A DNA stretch of 32,000 nt from Candidatus Iainarchaeum sp. (lineage in GTDB: Archaea; Iainarchaeota; Iainarchaeia; Iainarchaeales; CSSED10-239). The notes beneath the pieces were generated by a model. It saw nothing but the letters and a program-made list of their open reading frames with translations, did not search any database and was not told the DNA's origin. Shown here piece after piece: positions 26,646 to 32,000 of the stretch. The stretch spans positions 336,418-368,417 of the forward strand of contig JBBISB010000001.1 of the NCBI GenBank assembly GCA_037441475.1. Direction: 5' to 3'. The position numbers were made by a program, and so were the translations under genes. Within the stretch, counting starts at the first letter, position 1, and each line of letters starts with the position of its first letter.

Positions 26646-28493
26646 ATGTATTCAAAAGAAGAAATTACAAAGAAGATACTTGACATTAACAAATACGAAA
26701 AACTAAACCCTATGCAAAACTTAGCAAAAGAACATATAGGGACAAACACACTTATCACAACACCAACAGCTTCTGGAAAAACAACAGTCTTTGAAATGTA
26801 CATGCTTGACTGTTTATTAAACAAGAAAAAAAAAGCAATTTACATCTCTCCCTTAAAAGCATTAACAACAGAACATTATTTAGAAACTAAAAGAAAGTTT
26901 TCAAAAGAATTTAACCTAAAAATAGGACTTTCAACTGGAGACCTGGATTCAAGTAACAAATATCTTGAAAGTTATGATGTTTTATTTTTAACATATGAAA
27001 AATTTGATTCAATTCTAAGACATAAACCTTCATGGTTAAAAAATATTGGACTTTTAACAATTGATGAAATTCATGAGCTTGGATCAAATAGAGGTTCAAC
27101 CTTAGAAGTTATAATTACACAACTAAAACATAGCTATAGAGAAATTACTCTTCTAGGGTTATCTGCAACCATTAAAAACTCAAAAGAAATATCTGATTGG
27201 CTTTCTGCAAAACTAGTTTTAAGTAACTACCGACCAGTTCCTCTTGAAACTGGAGTTTTTTATAATGATTCTATTTACTTTGAAGATAGAAAAGAAGACT
27301 TAACTTCTCTTACTGTTAAAAACATTAATTTAGGATCAATCATTAAAGACACTTTAAAGAAAGAAAAACAAGCAATTGTTTTTTGTGCATCTAGAAAAAA
27401 TGCAATGTCGTTTGCAAAAAAATATGGAAAAATAATCTCTGGAAGTTTAAAAGATGAAGAATACCAAAAACTTAGAAAAGCCTCTCAAGAGGTTTTAGAA
27501 GCTTTAGAACACCCAACAAAACAATGTGAAAAACTTTCTCTTTCTCTTTTAATGGGTTCAGCATTTCATCATGCAGGACTGGTCTATAAACAAAGAGAAG
27601 TGGTTGAAGAAAATTTTAAGAAAGGAAACATCAAAGTTATTTTTGCAACACCAACTCTTGCAGCTGGAATTAACCTACCAGCCTTTAGGGTGATTATAAA
27701 CAGTGTTTTTAGATTTTCAGAAGGATCAATGGTTCCAATACCAGTTAATGAATTTCAACAAATGGCAGGAAGAGCAGGAAGACCAAGGTATGATAAAAAA
27801 GGAGAGGCAATCTGTGTGGTTAACAAAGAAGGAGATATACCTAAGATATATAACACATATATAATATCTGGACCTTCAAACATAGACTCACAACTATCTA
27901 AAATAAACATCCTAAGAGGACATCTTTTATCAATGATTCTCATAAACAACCTTAGGTCTTTAGAAGAAGTAATCTCTTATATTTCTAAAACATTTTATTA
28001 TTTTGTTTATGGAAACACAAGTGAGATTAGAAAAAACATACAAGAGATTATTTCTGAGTTTATTGGGTATGGTTTTTTAGAAAAGAAAGAAACTGGTTTT
28101 GAGATTACCTCTTTAGGTAAGAAAGTGTGTTATCTTTATATTGATCCTCTTTCAGCAAACAACATCTTAAAAGATTTAGACTTAAAGAAAGAGAAAGATA
28201 CTAAGGTTTATGAAAAAATATTTACAGTTGTTAATACCTCTGAAATGGCGCCTTATCTTGTATACAAGCAAGAGAAAGAAAATGATTTGTTTGTTTTTTT
28301 TGAAGAGATTAGAAAGAACATTTATTTTGAATATGAGGATATTTATCTTTTACAAAAACTATATATGACAAAAATTATTCATGAGTGGATTGAAGAAAGA
28401 GAAGAAAATTCTTTACTTGAAGAATATAACACAACACCTGGACAGATTAGAGATATTATTTCAAGAGCAAAATGGATATGCCACTCTACAGAT
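26646..28493 (+). pseudogene. Ski2/Hel308-like DEAD/DEAH helicase, C-terminus replaced at the duplication junction
   Basis: TPTASGKTTVFEMYMLDCLL, ISPLKALTTEH, TIDEIHELG, LGLSATIKN, ATPTLAAGINLPAFRVI, QMAGRAGRPRYDKKGEA. The reading frame runs into foreign psmB-antisense sequence after ...AKWICHSTD. Confidence 0.85.
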
Positions 28494-28553
28494 ACCATCT
28501 TTTGCAACAATACCAACTGTTGTTGTGCCTGTCTTTAATGTTTTATCTGTCAA
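28491..28553 (-). pseudogene. psmB 5' fragment (about 21 codons)
   Basis: Equivalent to 22140-22202; rest of psmB is absent here. Confidence 0.85.
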
Positions 28554-28623
28554 AATTATTCACCTTTCTTATTACTTAATTTTTGAACGAAATTAACGTT
28601 TTCAAAACTTGTAGAATCAAAAA

Positions 28624-29265
28624 CTAACTTTGCAAAAACAATTGTTTAAAATAATCTATTTCTTGAGGAACTCCAAAAGGAAGTTCTACTGAAACATCTT
28701 TTTCTTTAGAGCTTAACTTTAATTGTCCAGCAGGCATAAAGTAAAAAGACTTTTCTAAAAGAAGAGGTAATTTGTCTTCATCCTTTGAAATAACTTTATT
28801 AATTGTTATTGTGTATTCTAAATCTCTTCCAGCATAGATAGGGTTAAAGTCAACCTTTACTCTTCCACCAGAAATTGAAATTATCTTACCTGATTTGTTG
28901 CCTATGTTTACAAATAAACCAACTTCAGGTCTTACATTTTCTTTTTTAAATTCATTTAAAGAAACAAGTTCTACTTTATTTGAATCTCTATCTTTGAAAG
29001 CTTGTTCTTTTTTTAAGAGGAAAGTTTTTGTTTTTCCTATATCTAAATCAGAGATATTATCTTCAATACCTTTTAATAATTCGCCAGTTCCGAAAAGATA
29101 GTTTAAAGGTTTATATTCATTCTTTAAGTTTAAGTTATTTTCTTTTGCCACTTCTTTTTTAGTTGTGTCAAGTATTTCTTTTGTGTTTGCGTCTTTTAAA
29201 ATAAGATCAATTTCTACAATGTCTTTTGTTTTTATCATATTAATAAACCTCTTTTGTGTAATCAT
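28624..29265 (-). CDS. FKBP-type peptidyl-prolyl isomerase, second copy
   Basis: Protein identical to 22273-22914. Confidence 0.88.
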   Translation of the reverse strand: MITQKRFINMIKTKDIVEIDLILKDANTKEILDTTKKEVAKENNLNLKNEYKPLNYLFGTGELLKGIEDNISDLDIGKTKTFLLKKEQAFKDRDSNKVELVSLNEFKKENVRPEVGLFVNIGNKSGKIISISGGRVKVDFNPIYAGRDLEYTITINKVISKDEDKLPLLLEKSFYFMPAGQLKLSSKEKDVSVELPFGVPQEIDYFKQLFLQS

Positions 29266-29468
29266 AGAATTAATGTTTTCATTTACCTATTTACAACTGT
29301 TTTATAAACTTTAAAGCAGTATCAAAAATAGGATTTTTATAAAAGTAGATGTTTTATATAATATATTAATGAACCGATTTGCTTAAAAAGATTTGTTTTT
29401 ATGTAGCTTTAAGGGGTAAGCACAAATTATTTATTAAATTTTAAAATATTAAAGAAATTATAAAAAAA

Positions 29469-29813
29469 TTACTCTAACAACCATTTCCAGACAGGAATTA
29501 CTTTATTATCTATATTAAACTCATCTTCTTGATAATAAGTTAATATGTACCCTATTTTTAATTTAAAAAAATCCATAGCGAAAACTAATCCTTTAATTTC
29601 CCTATCTTTATTATTATCATTTAACTCAAAACAAACTTGATAAGTTTCAAAAGATTTATCTTTAGCTATAAAATCACATTCAGAATTATCTTCATTAAAA
29701 TAAGTAATTTCTTTTCCTTTTCTAATCAATTCTAAAAAAACAATATTTTCAAGTAAATGTCCTTTATCTTGATATCTTTGGAAAGTTAATATATTTCTTA
29801 AACAAGATTGGCA
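29469..29813 (-). pseudogene. DUF4143-type ATPase C-terminal remnant, second copy
   Basis: Equivalent of 23118-23462 at +6351. Confidence 0.58.
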
Positions 29814-29902
29814 CAGAATATGCTAAAAAAATCTAATTTGTTGGCATTAACAGTTCCAATAAAACCAACAATATTTTTAATGTTAAATTAAACATAAATA
29901 TA

Positions 29903-30913
29903 TTATTTAATATTTAAAGTACTTAAGAGATTATAAGAGTTTGAATGCTTTGCATAATCTAAAAAAGAAAAAAGAGAAGCCCTGAAGTTAAGTATAGAAA
30001 TTTTATTTTGTTTTAGTAAATAATTATTTTTATTTTGCCTTTTTAGAAATCTTTTAACATTTGATTTTTTTAATCTTATGTTTGAAGGAAATACCTTATA
30101 ACCTAAAAAATCAACACCTTTGCTTACTAAGTTAATATAAATTTTATTCTTTGGAACATCTAATAATAGTTCTTTACTTAAAAATAATTTAATTTTTCTT
30201 CTAAAAACCTTTAAATCTTTTTTAGAGTTTGAAAATATTAAAAAATCATCAACATATCTATAATAAAGTTTAATTTTCAAAGTATGCTTAACATATTGAT
30301 CTAATTGATTTAGATAAATATTTGCAAACAACTGAGAAGTTAAATTACCTATAGGAATTCCTTTTTCAGTATTATTTACATTAAAAGAATAACTATCAAT
30401 TATTTGATATATTAGAGAAAGTAACCTTTCATCCTTAATTCTTTTTTTGATTATTCTTTTTAAAGTGGGTTTATGAACAGAAGGAAAGTATTTTTTAACA
30501 TCTTGGTTTAAATAATATTTTGGAGGATTAGTGGTTTGAATGACATTTTTAATTTCAAAAAGGCCTTTATGTGTGCCTTTTCCTTTTCTGCAAGCAAAGG
30601 AATTATTTATAAAAGTTTTATCAAAAATAGGTTCTATGATATTAATTATTGAATGTTGAACAACTACATCTCTAAAAGTTGGAGCACTAATAATTCTTTA
30701 TTTAGGTTCATAAACTTTAAAACTTCTGTAAGGAGAAAATTGAAAATTTTCTGAAATTAATTGATCTTGTAATAAAAATAGCTCCTTTTCTAAATTTGTT
30801 GTAAATTGCAAGACATATTTTTTATTAGGTGTTGATTTTTTTGCTTTTTTATAAGCATTAAAAAGATTTTTAAAAGAAGTAAACTCTTTCCAAAGGTTAT
30901 TGTATGATTTCAT
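29903..30913 (-). pseudogene. DGR-type reverse transcriptase with the same in-frame TAA, second copy
   Basis: Equivalent of 23552-24562; both ORF pieces and the TAA at 30698-30700 are conserved. Confidence 0.88.
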
Positions 30914-31150
30914 TTTTAAAAAAACTTATTTAAAGTTAAAAGTTATTACAGATTTCTTTTTACAGACTATAAAAATACTAAATGTAATAACTTATCTTTA
31001 TATTTGATTTTTTAACATAAAAACAATAAAGTTTTTATGGCATACATCATATGCAATCAGGAAACATTTTACAGATGTAGTTTTTTAAAATATTCGCTTT
31101 ATATGTTTTTTTAAAAAAAACAAAAATATAACATATAAACTCTGATAAAA

Positions 31151-31172
31151 CCTTATTTCTTTAAAAATAAGG
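31151..31172 (-). terminator. Stem-loop after second target copy
   Basis: Same CCTTATTT/AAATAAGG hairpin as 24800-24821. Confidence 0.5.
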
Positions 31173-31177
31173 AGAAA

Positions 31178-32000
31178 CTACTGAACGCAGCGCAAGCCGA
31201 AGAAGTCGGTCCGGCTTGTAGGAATGTTGGTCAAGTTCAGGGACAAGACACCGGCACTAGAGTCATTGAGCCAGCGACCACCGCGCAAAAAAGCGTATAC
31301 AGTCTTACTTGTGTCATTTATATTACTATAAGTATAAAGCCTACCAACACCATTATTCGCATTATAACTATTACTTGTAAGTAAAAATAAATCTTTATAC
31401 TTTAAAGTAGTGTTACCTAAATTATCAGAATAAATATATTGGTTTCCTCCACCACCTTTTGAATAATCAAAAAAATTAAAGCCAGAAGTATAATTACTAT
31501 CATCAGAATTATTAAATCCATCAGGCTGGTCTTTTATTTGGATAGTATCACTAGTCCATTGCCAAACATTACCTGCTAAATCCCAAATTACCTCTCCATT
31601 AGTTAAAGTTAAAGTTCTTTTTGTAATTCCTGAAAGCTCGTCAAAACCGTCCATGGCCCTAGAGGATGATGAATTTCCTCTTGGAAGGTATCCTGAACCA
31701 ACTTCTCCACCAGACCAGTTGGAGGGAACTTGTTCAATATTTCTTACAATTGTCATCCATTCGTTATTAGTTATTAAATGACCACCGATAGCTTCACAAG
31801 CGGCTATTGCTTCGGTTTGGGTAATTCTTACTATTGGAGAGCCTTCTGGAGTGGACACTAAGGTTCCTGGTGTTGGACATAATTCATAATTATAAGTATT
31901 AGATGTTAAAGAACCAGTATTACAATTAGGATAATCAGCTACAAGATTTCCTTTGCCATCACCATTTACATCCATTTTCATCTGATATTTTGAAACACAA
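31178..32000 (-). CDS. Putative DGR target protein, second copy (5' end beyond the window)
   Basis: Identical to the C-terminal part of 24827-26194, including the variable region. Confidence 0.85.
   Translation of the reverse strand, partial: CVSKYQMKMDVNGDGKGNLVADYPNCNTGSLTSNTYNYELCPTPGTLVSTPEGSPIVRITQTEAIAACEAIGGHLITNNEWMTIVRNIEQVPSNWSGGEVGSGYLPRGNSSSSRAMDGFDELSGITKRTLTLTNGEVIWDLAGNVWQWTSDTIQIKDQPDGFNNSDDSNYTSGFNFFDYSKGGGGNQYIYSDNLGNTTLKYKDLFLLTSNSYNANNGVGRLYTYSNINDTSKTVYAFLRGGRWLNDSSAGVLSLNLTNIPTSRTDFFGLRCVQ

Larger units (their letters stand above)
28491..32000. repeat. Right copy of long direct repeat, running off the window
   Basis: Matches 22140-25649 at offset 6351. Confidence 0.97.

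Noticed and set aside
28381-28596. 71-aa ORF across the duplication junction
   Set aside because: Out-of-frame read of helicase plus psmB antisense DNA; no family resemblance in its own right.

Overview
AT-rich archaeal chromosome segment, DPANN-like by gene content (inference). Most of it is housekeeping: rpl21e, rpoF, DUF655 and ksgA, then AMP phosphorylase, thioredoxin, UppP, a DUF1846 protein, a HerA-like ATPase, trpS, three adjacent tRNA-Ser genes covering all UCN anticodons, a MetG-C-like tRNA-binding protein, CCA-adding enzyme, a Fap7-like NTPase, aCPSF1-type ribonuclease, psmB and an FKBP-type PPIase. The accessory part (about 22.1-32.0 kb) is the most interesting. It contains a diversity-generating-retroelement (DGR)-like cassette: a reverse transcriptase with DGR-type motifs (PIGNLTSQ, YVDD) and a 455-aa target with an archaeal class III (pilin/flagellin-like) N-terminus, an FGE-sulfatase/C-type-lectin-like body, and a GC-rich C-terminal block that looks like a DGR variable region. 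The RT has a single in-frame TAA. No template repeat or Avd is recognisable nearby, and the interval where the TR usually sits holds inverted repeats instead. The cassette lies in a direct duplication with exact offset 6351 bp (22140 <-> 28491, running off the window end) whose junction fuses a truncated Ski2-like helicase to a fragment of psmB. The copies look identical, including the variable region, so this is either a very recent tandem duplication or an assembly artefact. Other items: a frameshifted EamA-type gene missing from the ORF track, and an unassigned structured RNA candidate at about 16.4-16.6 kb.
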